A DNA stretch of 64,000 bases from Candidatus Woesearchaeota archaeon (GCA_018303655.1 JAGVXT010000012.1:17996-81995), one strand, 5' to 3'. Positions 29,739 through 39,243 are shown, numbered from the stretch's first letter. The notes: a model not told the origin generated them from the letters alone. Translations and numbers: made by a program.

Positions 29739-30230
29739 ATGAATAAAGAAGAGATAGGGGAAATATTAAAACAAGCTGAAAAACTAGTTGCTGATAATAT
29801 AAAAGATGAGTCACTAAAAGTAAAAGCATTTGAGTTGGCTTATAATGAGCTGTTGGGTAAAATAATGCCTCCTGTTACTAAAGAAAGCCATACATTGACT
29901 TCCGGACAACACCAGCAAGTTAAAAAATCAGAATCTATTGTTGAACATTGTAAACGATTTAAGATAAATAACGAAATAGATAGGACCCTAATATTTGCCT
30001 CATTTCTTGAGAAACAAGAAGGGCAAAATTATTTCATCACAAAAAATATTCAAGATTGTTATTTTAAGGCAAAGGAAAAACAACCACCCAACATTCCTGA
30101 TAAAATTAGTAAAAACATCAGCAAGGGTTTTATTATGGAGTCAAATGAAAAACCTAAATCTGGGAAAGGGTATGTGCTAACAAGAACTGGCGAGGAAGAA
30201 GTTAAAAAGCTGGAACTTAAAAATGAATGA
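29739..30230 (+). CDS. unknown protein B, paralog of protein A
   Basis: 163 aa. LVADNIKDESLKVKAFELAYNELLGK matches the A N-terminus. The C-terminus (..GYVLTRTGEEEV) is wHTH-like. It starts 1 nt after the A stop. Confidence 0.6.
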   Translation: MNKEEIGEILKQAEKLVADNIKDESLKVKAFELAYNELLGKIMPPVTKESHTLTSGQHQQVKKSESIVEHCKRFKINNEIDRTLIFASFLEKQEGQNYFITKNIQDCYFKAKEKQPPNIPDKISKNISKGFIMESNEKPKSGKGYVLTRTGEEEVKKLELKNE

Positions 30231-30978
30231 AATAAAACAAATTCTTTCAGAAAAAATAGACCCAGTTATCACGGATAAGCTTATAGCTGAGTATATAAAT
30301 GTAAAAAAATATCATTACTATAATGATATTGAAAAAACAATTCTTCACGGAGCAAGATTTGCAGAATGTTCTTTAGCCGCTATAAAAAATCAATTAGACT
30401 CTAGCATTGTAAATCTAAATGAGTTACATTTTGAAGCAGTGTTTAATGAAATCACTTCAAAACCAAAGAAAAATTCAAACGATGAGCAATTGGCCCTTGT
30501 TATTCCCAATGTTTTAAAGACTATATATTCAATAAGAAATAAAAAAAGAGTTACTCATATGAAGGATGCTTTACCTGATAAGATTGATGCAGAATATGTT
30601 TTATCTGCATGTAACTGGACAATTTCACAATTTTTAATAATTATCAAAGGTATGGATGTCAATTTAATCTATAGATTACTAGAATCAATAAATTCAAAAC
30701 AAATACCCATAATAGAAGAATTTGAAAAGAATGAGATTAAAGTACTCACTTCTGATTTAAGTTTTAAGGACGAATTATTGGTGGTGTTATACAAATATTC
30801 AAGTAGAATTAGTGTGGCTCAATTAAATTTACTTTTAAAGCCAAAAAATAAATCTTATGTTACTACTAATCTTAGTAGGTTAAACATAGAAAGATTAATT
30901 CAACTTAATAATGATGGAGCAATTATCACAAAGTTAGGCATAGACTACATTGAGTCAAAAGTTCTAGTTATAAAATAA
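30223..30978 (+). CDS. unknown protein C (HEPN-like N-terminal domain plus C-terminal wHTH)
   Basis: 251 aa. GARFAECSLAAIK followed by YSIRNKKRVTH fits the Rx4-6H HEPN signature. The C-terminus (SVAQLNLLL....VTTNLSRLNIERLIQ) is wHTH-like. It overlaps B by 8 nt. Confidence 0.55.
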   Translation: MNEIKQILSEKIDPVITDKLIAEYINVKKYHYYNDIEKTILHGARFAECSLAAIKNQLDSSIVNLNELHFEAVFNEITSKPKKNSNDEQLALVIPNVLKTIYSIRNKKRVTHMKDALPDKIDAEYVLSACNWTISQFLIIIKGMDVNLIYRLLESINSKQIPIIEEFEKNEIKVLTSDLSFKDELLVVLYKYSSRISVAQLNLLLKPKNKSYVTTNLSRLNIERLIQLNNDGAIITKLGIDYIESKVLVIK

Positions 30979-31013
30979 ATTTTGTTATGGGGTTTAACGT
31001 AGGCGACAACAAA

Positions 31014-31118
31014 GGGGATTTACGTTTTAGTATCAACGATAAGCGGGTTTTCGAATTGCATTTAATCCTAGTTTAAGACCTGCGTATAAATTTTCAAATT
31101 ATACGAAAGTTCTTCCAC
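31014..31118 (+). repeat. right inverted copy of the island-flanking element
   Basis: GGGGATTTACG[18-nt insert]GCGGGTTTTCGAA[12-nt insert]CTAGTTTAAGACC...GAAAGTTCTTCCAC. Collinear with the reverse complement of 26479-26541. Confidence 0.75.
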
Positions 31119-31197
31119 GACCTGAAAGGAAAAACCATAATGAAGAAGCGGCACGAACGAACATGTAACACAGGTTTAATGAACTTTCTACAATATT

Positions 31198-33090
31198 TTA
31201 CTTCACCCTAACAGTTTCCAGGTTCCTTGGAGCAACTGTCTCTATCCTGAAGCCCTTGTGTATCGAGCTTGCCAAGTCAAGGCATCTTGAGTTTTCACCG
31301 TGGTTGACAATCACTTTTTTCGGGCGAGGCTCGCATTTTGCAACAAAGTTCATCAGCTGGTTTCTTGAGGAGTGGCCCGAAAACCCTTCCACAGTGTGCA
31401 CTTTCATCTTAATCTGCAGCATTTCCTGCTTGCCCCCATCTGAAAATGTGAATTCACGCTCGCCCATCTGCATCCTTCTCCCCAAAGAGCCGTCGCCTTG
31501 GTAATTTACAAAGCCTATTGAATTCTTCGGATTGTCGCACAAATGCTTCAAATATTCTACAGAAGGGCCTCCGGTAAGCATCCCTGATGTTGCCAAAATC
31601 ACGCAGGGCCCTGTGTTTTCAATGATGTCCATCCTTTCCTTTTGCGAGCCTACTCTTTTAAAAATCTCGTGCAAAAACGGGTTCTGGTCCTTGTGGAAAA
31701 TAAGCTTTCTGACTGAATTATTAAGATATTCAGGATAGGCTGTATGGATTGCAGTAACATCCCAGACCATTCCATCTATGTATACAGGAACGGGCGCCAT
31801 CCTTCCTTCCCTTGCCATCTGCTCGATTGCAAGCATGACCTCTTGCGCCCTTCCGACCCCAAGAGTGGGTATCAAAACCTTTCCTCCCCTTCCAGTTGTC
31901 TCTTGTATAACTTTCATTAGCTCCTCATCAGTTTCCTGGCGATGTGGCATTATGTTGTCCTTGCCGCCGTATGTTGCTTCAAGCATCAAAGTTTCAAGCC
32001 TTGGGAACATTGTGACAGCCGGCTCAAGCAATAATGTCCTTCCATACTTCTGGTCGCCGGAATACAATATGTTATGCAGCCCGTTGCCAACATGCAAATG
32101 CACCATTGCGCTTCCCAGAATATGCCCTGCATTATGCATGGTTATCCTCACATCAGGAGTTACATCGCTGACTTCATCATATTCAAGAGTTATTGTGTGC
32201 TTGACCATTTCCTTGATTTCTTCTGACGTGAATATTGGATCAGTGCCGTCTGCTCTTTGTATTTTTATGTAGTCAAGCAAAAGCAAAGCAGAAACATCTC
32301 TCGTAGGCTCTGTGCAGTACACAGGCCCCCTGTACCCGTATTTGAAAAGGTAAGGTATAAACCCGCAATGGTCAATATGCGCGTGGCTTAGTATGACAGC
32401 GTCAAGATCGTTAATGTTGAATTCAGGAGCGTCAAGATAAGGGTACGGCTTTTCGTCTGATGCAACATTAATCCCGCAGTCCAGCAAAACCCTTGATTCA
32501 GGAGTCTGCAAAAAAATGCAGCTTCTTCCAACTTGGCGCCCGCTTCCAAGGTAGGTCAACCTTATCCATTCATGCTTCTTTTCCCTCCTCCAACCATCAT
32601 AAATCCTGTGGCCGACCTTGTCAAGAAATTTTCTCCTGTAATCGCTGTTCTGGTACAAAACAGCCCTTATGTTTTCAATCAGTTTTGACCTTATTGCGGG
32701 CTTTCTCCTTATCAGCGGCACCCACAATGTCTGCATCCTTATGTCCCTCAAAATCGAGCCCTGCTTGCCTATTGCAAGGCCTGGCTTGTCAGCCTCAACT
32801 ATCACCCTGCTTCTTTGAGAGTCAAAAATGACCTGGTCAACTCCCGCTTCCTCCGGGACTATAGCCCTTATTATCTTTTCAGCCTCCTCCAATTCCATTG
32901 TAATGCTCGGGTCCGGCCTTAATTCAACCCTCTTCTTGATATTGTCCACAATTCTCTTTATAATCCCGTTGTTGTTCAGGAAAAAGTCCTTGTCTTTTGT
33001 GTAGAGGACTATGTTAGCGCCCTCAAAATTCACGTCGCTTATCTTGTTCTCAGGCAGGCTCTTCAGAATTTCCTTTACAATGTCTCCCAT
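31198..33090 (-). CDS. aCPSF1/FttA (KH domains plus beta-CASP metallo-beta-lactamase RNase)
   Basis: 630 aa. N-terminal KH repeats, HAHIDHCG, and beta-CASP motifs through to the C-terminal HGE. Confidence 0.9.
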   Translation of the reverse strand: MGDIVKEILKSLPENKISDVNFEGANIVLYTKDKDFFLNNNGIIKRIVDNIKKRVELRPDPSITMELEEAEKIIRAIVPEEAGVDQVIFDSQRSRVIVEADKPGLAIGKQGSILRDIRMQTLWVPLIRRKPAIRSKLIENIRAVLYQNSDYRRKFLDKVGHRIYDGWRREKKHEWIRLTYLGSGRQVGRSCIFLQTPESRVLLDCGINVASDEKPYPYLDAPEFNINDLDAVILSHAHIDHCGFIPYLFKYGYRGPVYCTEPTRDVSALLLLDYIKIQRADGTDPIFTSEEIKEMVKHTITLEYDEVSDVTPDVRITMHNAGHILGSAMVHLHVGNGLHNILYSGDQKYGRTLLLEPAVTMFPRLETLMLEATYGGKDNIMPHRQETDEELMKVIQETTGRGGKVLIPTLGVGRAQEVMLAIEQMAREGRMAPVPVYIDGMVWDVTAIHTAYPEYLNNSVRKLIFHKDQNPFLHEIFKRVGSQKERMDIIENTGPCVILATSGMLTGGPSVEYLKHLCDNPKNSIGFVNYQGDGSLGRRMQMGEREFTFSDGGKQEMLQIKMKVHTVEGFSGHSSRNQLMNFVAKCEPRPKKVIVNHGENSRCLDLASSIHKGFRIETVAPRNLETVRVK

Positions 33091-33147
33091 TTTAGAATTT
33101 TATTTAATTTCGATTAAGATTTTTATTTAGTTTTTTGTTATAATTAA

Positions 33148-33341
33148 ATCCGTCGCTTCGCGACAATATCCAGGCTCGCCGGTGAGATGCGAAAGCTCGA
33201 GATGCACGCGAGTTTGAGATGCTTGCGAGAGTGGAATGCGAAAGCTTGCTTTCGCTCGCTTATCTTACAAGCAAGCTCGCGTTCAACTCGTGCTCGCAAA
33301 CAACTCTTTCGCTCGCTTATCTACCTGCTCGCCTATGCATC
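33148..33341. other. GC-rich hairpin-dense island (candidate structured RNA or repeat)
   Basis: Hairpins GTCGCttcGCGAC and AGCTTGCTT...AAGCAAGCT. The words GAGATGCGA, GAGATGCAC, GAGATGCTTGCGAG and CGCTCGCTTATCT recur (the last twice). Three overlapping plus-strand ORFs here look spurious. Confidence 0.4.
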
Positions 33342-33441
33342 AAAAGCGGTTTACTATCGAAAATGCAAAGCATTTTCGGAAGTCCCAAAAACCAAAGGTT
33401 TTTGATACTTTCAACACCTTGCTGTCAAAAGTCGCTCTCGT
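33342..33441 (+). repeat. bipartite dispersed element, copy 2 (long insert)
   Basis: AAAAGCGGTTTACTA...[72-nt insert with hairpins CGAAAATGCaaaGCATTTTCG and CAAAAACCaaaGGTTTTTG]...AAAAGTCGCTCTCGT followed by a T-run. Confidence 0.7.
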
Positions 33442-33516
33442 ATTTTTTAATCAAATTTTATTTTAACGGTTTATATAAAATTCAAGCAAAGTTTTATTTA
33501 ATATTTTTCAGAAAAG

Positions 33517-34161
33517 CTATAATTCAATCCTCATCTCCAATTCCTTGGAAAATACTTTTTTAATGCCGTCTTTTGTTATTGTGATGATGTCTATGCCGTT
33601 TCCTGATGCTATGTCCCTTTGCACAGCTGCATTTACGCACTTTGCAGCCAGCTTAACTCCTTCATCAACACTTAATCCTTTCTTGTACATTGTTTCCAAA
33701 ACTCCAAACACCATTACAGAGCCGGAGCCTGAAGATATGTAATCATCAACTTCCACAATTGAGCCGTCAGGGCTCAAGTCATAAAGATGAAATCCGCTTG
33801 AGTCCTTTCCCCCTACAATGAAATGGGAAATGCCAGGTATTAAGCTCAGCTTTCTTATATTGCTGTAGACAAAGTTTGCCAATAAATTTGCAGCTTCCTT
33901 CACGCTTGTTTCTCTGCCTGTCCTTATGTCTTTTAATTTAAGCTCTGCCTTGAGGTATTTTGTCAACAGCTGCACATCTGAAACTGTGCCTGCAACTGTA
34001 ACCGCTATGTTGTTTGTCACCTGCATTATTTTGTCAAACTTTTTCCATGCTATCAAGTAGCCCGAAGTTGCCCTTTTGTCTGCAGCCAAGACTAATCCGT
34101 CCTTGCAAACTAATCCTAAAGTTGTCGTGCCTGTTGTAGTTTCCTTGTTATCCATTTTCAA
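33517..34161 (-). CDS. psmB: proteasome subunit beta
   Basis: Propeptide followed by TTTLGLVCKDGLVLAADKRATSG. Confidence 0.9.
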   Translation of the reverse strand: MKMDNKETTTGTTTLGLVCKDGLVLAADKRATSGYLIAWKKFDKIMQVTNNIAVTVAGTVSDVQLLTKYLKAELKLKDIRTGRETSVKEAANLLANFVYSNIRKLSLIPGISHFIVGGKDSSGFHLYDLSPDGSIVEVDDYISSGSGSVMVFGVLETMYKKGLSVDEGVKLAAKCVNAAVQRDIASGNGIDIITITKDGIKKVFSKELEMRIEL

Positions 34162-34238
34162 AACTGGAAGAATTTCTTAATATTTATGATATTTAAGGTA
34201 GTATTTAAATGTTTTGGAAAAATTGATTTATTGAGAGA

Positions 34239-34634
34239 TTATTCCCCTAAAGTTGATTTGACTGCGCCTATAAATTTACCAGTGTCAAATAGATAGCGTG
34301 GTGGAAGGTAAGTCACTTCAATGCCTTCATTTCTTAATGCGGCTATAAGTCGCATAACTTCTGCTTCTTCACGACCGCTTTGGAGCATAAATTTTGTATT
34401 AGGGCTTACCACTCGCACATTTCTGATTAAATCAAGACCACCTAAAGATGGCATTTGCAAATCAGTAATCAACAAATCAATTGAATTCCCGCTTCGAGCT
34501 CTTTGGTCGGCAACATGAAATGCATTTACGGGATCAAAGTCTGTAATCAGTTCGTATCCTGAATCTCTAAAACAAACCCTAAACAAGTCCAAGATATAAT
34601 GTTCATCATCCACAGCCAAAATAGATTTAGCCAT
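34239..34634 (-). CDS. response-regulator receiver-domain protein
   Basis: ILAVDDE, DLLITDLQMP..GGLDL, and CheY-like size (131 aa). Confidence 0.75.
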   Translation of the reverse strand: MAKSILAVDDEHYILDLFRVCFRDSGYELITDFDPVNAFHVADQRARSGNSIDLLITDLQMPSLGGLDLIRNVRVVSPNTKFMLQSGREEAEVMRLIAALRNEGIEVTYLPPRYLFDTGKFIGAVKSTLGE

Positions 34635-34644
34635 TTATAAAAAG

Positions 34645-35415
34645 TTATTTCAAGCTTTCCTCAAACAAAACATTCACAGCATTCACAAAGAAAGGGCTGA
34701 TTATCCAGACTGCAACCTCATAATCAGGGGCAACATTCTGGTTGGAAACTATGAAAAGCATTTCTTTTCCGTCGATTGTCACAAAGCTTGAATTTGCATT
34801 GTACTCAACGTGCTCGACATTTTGCAGCTTCTTGGCAAGGGGCTTGTTTTGGGCAGTGTAAAGCCTTGCCTTTATCCCATTTTTTGAAAATCCAGGGATG
34901 AAATTTTTCAGCAGTTTAACGCTCCTTTCAGCCTGCTCTTGGGCTAACACAACAACAACACTAGATTTTGCTTTTGACAGCATGTCCTTGATGTACCTGT
35001 TGATTCCTGTTCTTCCTACAATTGATTTGGATATGCTTGAGATGTCTACATGCTGAACTCCTGTCTTGTGCAGCAGCTCCAGCTCCTTGAACTCGTCTGT
35101 GTCCTTTATGCTTTCAAACTGTGATGTCAGCTCATCAGCCTCTTCCCTAATGTTTTTCTTGACCCTGTCAAGTATGACATCCGGCCTTACAGCAAGATAT
35201 TTTATCGGCTTTCCTATCTTCATAATTATAAATCCTTTTTTCTCCAAAGATTCAAGAACATCATAGCACCTGCTTCTTGGAACTCCGGAAATGTCAGCAA
35301 GCTCGCCTGCAGAAGCGATTCCCCTGCTTAGCAAAGCCGTCCATATCTTCACTTCGTAAATATTCAATCTAAAGTGCTTCTTCAAATCCAGCAAAAATTG
35401 TTTTTCCTGTTGCAT
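34645..35415 (-). CDS. TrmB-family transcriptional regulator
   Basis: N-terminal wHTH (YEVKIWTALLSRGIASAGELADISGVPRSRCYDVLESLEKKGF) plus a C-terminal TrmB-type domain. Confidence 0.75.
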   Translation of the reverse strand: MQQEKQFLLDLKKHFRLNIYEVKIWTALLSRGIASAGELADISGVPRSRCYDVLESLEKKGFIIMKIGKPIKYLAVRPDVILDRVKKNIREEADELTSQFESIKDTDEFKELELLHKTGVQHVDISSISKSIVGRTGINRYIKDMLSKAKSSVVVVLAQEQAERSVKLLKNFIPGFSKNGIKARLYTAQNKPLAKKLQNVEHVEYNANSSFVTIDGKEMLFIVSNQNVAPDYEVAVWIISPFFVNAVNVLFEESLK

Positions 35416-35479
35416 TCTTGGCTAGAAGTATTAATTATCTGTATTTAAAGGTTTCTATTCTGTAACTACTTTAGAGGGG

Positions 35480-35803
35480 TTATATATTTTGCGGCTGTAC
35501 TTCGTAAGTGCCGTCTGGTGGAATATTTATCCTATCACCTTCATATAGAAAAACCCATTGCCCATTTTTTATAGGAAATCGTGTTCCTCTTGTTCTAACT
35601 TTAAAATATCCGGCTAACACTTCAGCTACAATATAATCCGCTTGGGCAGTGAGCCTCATTTGCGCAAATTCTTGTGCATTATGCTGTGTGGGCATGGCCT
35701 TCTCGAGAATTTTTGTGACGCGCGTGTCTATAACATCGCCGTACCTGTTTGCGCTGCCTGCTTTTATTCTTTTCAATATTAAATGTTTATTATCAGGTGA
35801 CAT
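35480..35803 (-). CDS. hypothetical protein
   Basis: 107-aa ORF. Confidence 0.45.
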   Translation of the reverse strand: MSPDNKHLILKRIKAGSANRYGDVIDTRVTKILEKAMPTQHNAQEFAQMRLTAQADYIVAEVLAGYFKVRTRGTRFPIKNGQWVFLYEGDRINIPPDGTYEVQPQNI

Positions 35804-35842
35804 TTTTAAACATAATAGGACTATAAGAAATATTTTTAAGTT

Positions 35843-36916
35843 TTATCCCCTTCTCCTGAACAGGCTGACAACAAGCACAATGCCCACAATCACGGCAACT
35901 ACTTCTGCAATTATGATTCCTGTTACAAATGCGTTGCTCCTGAAAAAGCCTTCCTGAGATATTGTTGCGCCTTCAGGGGCTTCCTCAACAACTGTTGTTG
36001 TGGTGCTGCCTGTTGTTGGAGTTATGACTGTGACATCTTCGCCCTCTTCACTTGTTGAGCTTGTTGACGAAGTTGTGCTCTTAGCTGCTGCTGTTGCGCA
36101 ATCGTTTACTGTCAAAGTTGCTGTTTCCTCTGCCTTTTTCTTGTCCTCGTCATACAGCACCCTAAAGAGTATCGGATAGCTGCCTGCTTCCGCATCATTA
36201 GGCACGTTAAATGAATATGAATTTGAAAACCTGCTTTCATCCTCGTTTGGCTCTGCGGTCAGCTCAGACACTGCCTGCTCTATATCAATGCCAAGATCAG
36301 AGTTTGACATGCTGATCGTGACATCTTCCTCATCCTCATTGCCGATGTTTATTGCAGTCAGTCCAGCCTGCACGTTCTTTCTGCTGCAGGATATCTCTGC
36401 AGGGTTTAATGTGTTCCTTGTTATCATAATCTTGTGGCTTTCTTTGTCCACCTCAAGCCTTAACCTCATATCTGCCTCATGGTCTGTGCCGTTTTCGTCT
36501 TCTCCCTCAGCATGAATAAGCACGTCGAATGTGTCTTCTTCAACCTCTATCGGAACATGGAATTCTATATTGACTCTCTTGTCCCTGTCTGCCCTTAAGT
36601 CAAAATCCGTGGACTCATCATCCAAATCATCGCCGTCATCTATGCCCTCAACTGTCACCTCAACGGTTATGCCCTCAATGTCCAGGTCTTCAGCGTTTGT
36701 GAAATTATTTTTTACTTCTACCCTGAATTCAACTGCATCGCCGGGCTCTGCCTCGTCATTGATTGTGTCGCCATCATCAAGATTTTTGGATGTCTGGCTG
36801 CCTACCTTTACATCAACATCGGAGAATATAAGCTTGGATTGGGCATAAGCTGCGCTCATCAAAAGTACAAACACAACCAAACAAATCAATAATAACTTAA
36901 TCCTTATTTTAACCAC
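35843..36916 (-). CDS. acidic secreted protein with an S/T-rich stalk and a C-terminal membrane anchor
   Basis: Signal-like N-terminus, D/E-rich body, TSSTSSTS...TTGSTTTT linker, then a C-terminal TM segment plus RRRG. Confidence 0.55.
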   Translation of the reverse strand: MVKIRIKLLLICLVVFVLLMSAAYAQSKLIFSDVDVKVGSQTSKNLDDGDTINDEAEPGDAVEFRVEVKNNFTNAEDLDIEGITVEVTVEGIDDGDDLDDESTDFDLRADRDKRVNIEFHVPIEVEEDTFDVLIHAEGEDENGTDHEADMRLRLEVDKESHKIMITRNTLNPAEISCSRKNVQAGLTAINIGNEDEEDVTISMSNSDLGIDIEQAVSELTAEPNEDESRFSNSYSFNVPNDAEAGSYPILFRVLYDEDKKKAEETATLTVNDCATAAAKSTTSSTSSTSEEGEDVTVITPTTGSTTTTVVEEAPEGATISQEGFFRSNAFVTGIIIAEVVAVIVGIVLVVSLFRRRG

Positions 36917-36972
36917 CTGGGCTGTGCAAAAAGCCCGTAGTATTTAAATTTTACTATTTTTAAATGGTAACG

Positions 36973-37722
36973 TTACAGAAAAATGAGCCCTACTCCCAGC
37001 ACTATGCTTATTGGCACAATTATCCTCTTGAGCCATGCCCCGCTGAACTTCAGTATGAGGCTTGCCCCTATCCAGCCGCCAATAACATTCACTATAAACA
37101 GAGGTATGCCCAGCCTATAGTCAATAATGCCTTGATACACAAAAACCAATGTTGCAATTATGGAAACAGGAAGGGTAACTGCCTTTTGGTTGGCAACAGC
37201 ATCGTGAAAGCTAAGCCCGTAAATCATAACAAGAAGCAAAATAACTAATGTTGCTCCTCCGCCTCCAAGAACCCCTATGTAGCTTCCTATGAATATGCCG
37301 CTCAGAGCGCTCAATGCATGATGCTTTAAGGTTATTTTTTCATGCAGTTTTTTTGGCTTTACGAAGTCTTCAAACAGTACAAAAATCGATACAATTATCA
37401 TGAAAATGCCTATTGCTGTCTTTAATGCCTTCTCATTGAAGCTTGTAAGAAACGATGCCCCTATTAATGAGCCGATAACTCCCGCTATGGCAAATGCCAT
37501 AAAATACCTTGGCCTCAATTTCTCATTCTTTGAAAATTTGGTTATATTGCCAAGATTTATCCCCACCATTGAAAACCTTCCTGTGGCAACAGCTGTGTGA
37601 ACCGGAATTCCCAAAAAAAGCATCACAGGAAGAAGTATGAGCATTGCCATGCCTATCATTGTGCCCATTATGGCTAAAAAAAAGCTTACAACAAGCAGCA
37701 AAGCAAAACTTAGCATTTCCAT
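36973..37722 (-). CDS. TSUP (TauE/SafE, DUF81) family membrane transporter
   Basis: Polytopic, with the GxGGG-type motif (YIGVLGGGGATL). The start is set at MEMLSF (37722) to avoid overlap with the divergent gene. ORF track gives 37839. Confidence 0.65.
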   Translation of the reverse strand: MEMLSFALLLVVSFFLAIMGTMIGMAMLILLPVMLFLGIPVHTAVATGRFSMVGINLGNITKFSKNEKLRPRYFMAFAIAGVIGSLIGASFLTSFNEKALKTAIGIFMIIVSIFVLFEDFVKPKKLHEKITLKHHALSALSGIFIGSYIGVLGGGGATLVILLLVMIYGLSFHDAVANQKAVTLPVSIIATLVFVYQGIIDYRLGIPLFIVNVIGGWIGASLILKFSGAWLKRIIVPISIVLGVGLIFL

Positions 37723-37776
37723 TGCAATTTTGCAACCAGCAGAAAGTTTATAAATCTTGTTCAAACCAATTTTCTT

Positions 37777-38352
37777 ATGGTTGGCAACATCCCTAATTTC
37801 ACAAAAATTGACATCCTGCGCTGTTTTCTTAGGTTCCAAAAAAACACGGGAAGGCAGGAAATCGCAAAAGACCTGGAGCTTGGAGAGGGAACAGTAAGAA
37901 CAGTCCTTGAAATATTAAAATCAAAAAAATTGCTGGATTCAACCAAAAAAGGGCATTTTTTAAGCAAAAGAGGCGAGGAGATATTAAACCAAATTTATGA
38001 AATTTTAAGCACGCCAAGAAATGTTGCAATGCGCCATCTTTACCCTGATTTCAAGAAAATCGGCGTTATTGTCAGGAATGCATCAAACTTGAAGGAATTG
38101 TACAAGCTGAGGGACATTGCTGTTAAAAATGGCGCTGACGGCGCGCTTATCCTCAAGTTTGAGAACAGATTGTATGCACCTGAATCGGACTATGAGCAGG
38201 ACTACAAAGAGCTGGAAAAGAGCTTTGATTTCAGAAATGGCGACGTTTTAATTGTTGCCTTTGCAAATGACAAAAGAAACGCTGAAAACGGGGCTCTTGC
38301 AATAGCGGTTGAATTAAGCAATTTTCTCAAAAGGTTTATAAGCGAGTTTTGA
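37777..38352 (+). CDS. wHTH-domain protein (putative regulator)
   Basis: GRQEIAKDLELGEGTVRTVLEILKSKKLL. Lies upstream of prs. Confidence 0.5.
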   Translation: MVGNIPNFTKIDILRCFLRFQKNTGRQEIAKDLELGEGTVRTVLEILKSKKLLDSTKKGHFLSKRGEEILNQIYEILSTPRNVAMRHLYPDFKKIGVIVRNASNLKELYKLRDIAVKNGADGALILKFENRLYAPESDYEQDYKELEKSFDFRNGDVLIVAFANDKRNAENGALAIAVELSNFLKRFISEF

Positions 38353-38364
38353 AAAGGGGATTAT

Positions 38365-39243
38365 ATGCTAATTGTCAGCTGTTCGCACGGAAAGCATCTT
38401 GACTCTTTGATAGCAAAAAAGTCAGGGATTAATCATTCCATACTTCATGTTGATAAATTTCCCGACGACGAGCTTCGCGTTAGATTTGAGCCGGAGTTAA
38501 AGAATAAAAGCATAGCTTTAATACAATCTTTCTATAAAAATATCAGCGACTGCATTATTGAAGTGATTCTTGCAGCCAAAACTGCCAAAGAATTAGGGGC
38601 AAAAAAAGTCATTTTAGTTGCGCCTTATTTTCCTTATATGAGGCAGGACAAGAGATTCCATAAAGGCGAGGCAGTAAGCCAGCTAATCGTTACAGGATTA
38701 ATCGGCAAATACTTTGATGCTGTTTATTTGATGGACCCTCATCTGCACAGGAAAAATAAACTAGGGCATATTTTCAAAATAAAATCAAAAAAACTGACGG
38801 CAAACGGTCTGATTGCAGCCTACATCAGAAAACACATCAAAAACCCAGCCATTATAGGCCCTGACGAAGAAAGCTACAAGTGGGCGAAAAATGTTGCCGA
38901 GATGATTGATGCGGAATCAATGATATTAAACAAAAAAAGATATTCATCTCATCATGTTGAAATCAAATTAAATAAAAAAATTAATTTAAGAAATAAGAAT
39001 GCCGTTATTGTCGATGACATAATAAGCACGGGCAATACAATTCTGGAAACTGCAAAAATATTGAGAAGGTTAGGCGCAAAGAAGATTTATTGCATATGCG
39101 TTCATGGAATTTTTGTTAATGATGCGCTTTCAAAATTAAAAAAGGCGAAAATAAATGTGATTTCCACAAATACAATTCCCAATAAAGCTGCAAGGATTGA
39201 TGTCAGTGGCTTGATTGCCGAAAGCTTCAAAGATTTGGATTAG
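38365..39243 (+). CDS. prs: ribose-phosphate pyrophosphokinase
   Basis: PYFPYMRQDK and the PRPP loop VIVDDIISTGNT. Confidence 0.85.
   Translation: MLIVSCSHGKHLDSLIAKKSGINHSILHVDKFPDDELRVRFEPELKNKSIALIQSFYKNISDCIIEVILAAKTAKELGAKKVILVAPYFPYMRQDKRFHKGEAVSQLIVTGLIGKYFDAVYLMDPHLHRKNKLGHIFKIKSKKLTANGLIAAYIRKHIKNPAIIGPDEESYKWAKNVAEMIDAESMILNKKRYSSHHVEIKLNKKINLRNKNAVIVDDIISTGNTILETAKILRRLGAKKIYCICVHGIFVNDALSKLKKAKINVISTNTIPNKAARIDVSGLIAESFKDLD

Noticed and set aside
31778-32272. A 164-aa plus-strand ORF.
   Set aside because: It is antisense inside aCPSF1 and has no motif.
33370-33385. GGAAGTCCC, which resembles the RNase P RNA CR-I motif (GGAAAGUCC).
   Set aside because: There are no matching CR-IV or CR-V elements or P4 partner nearby. 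The string sits inside the variable insert of bipartite element copy 2.
33187-33563. Three overlapping plus-strand ORFs (72, 114 and 76 aa) between aCPSF1 and psmB.
   Set aside because: They overlap each other in all three frames and run through the GC-rich hairpin island and bipartite element copy 2. Their translations are low-complexity (R/L/A/S), so I read the region as non-coding.
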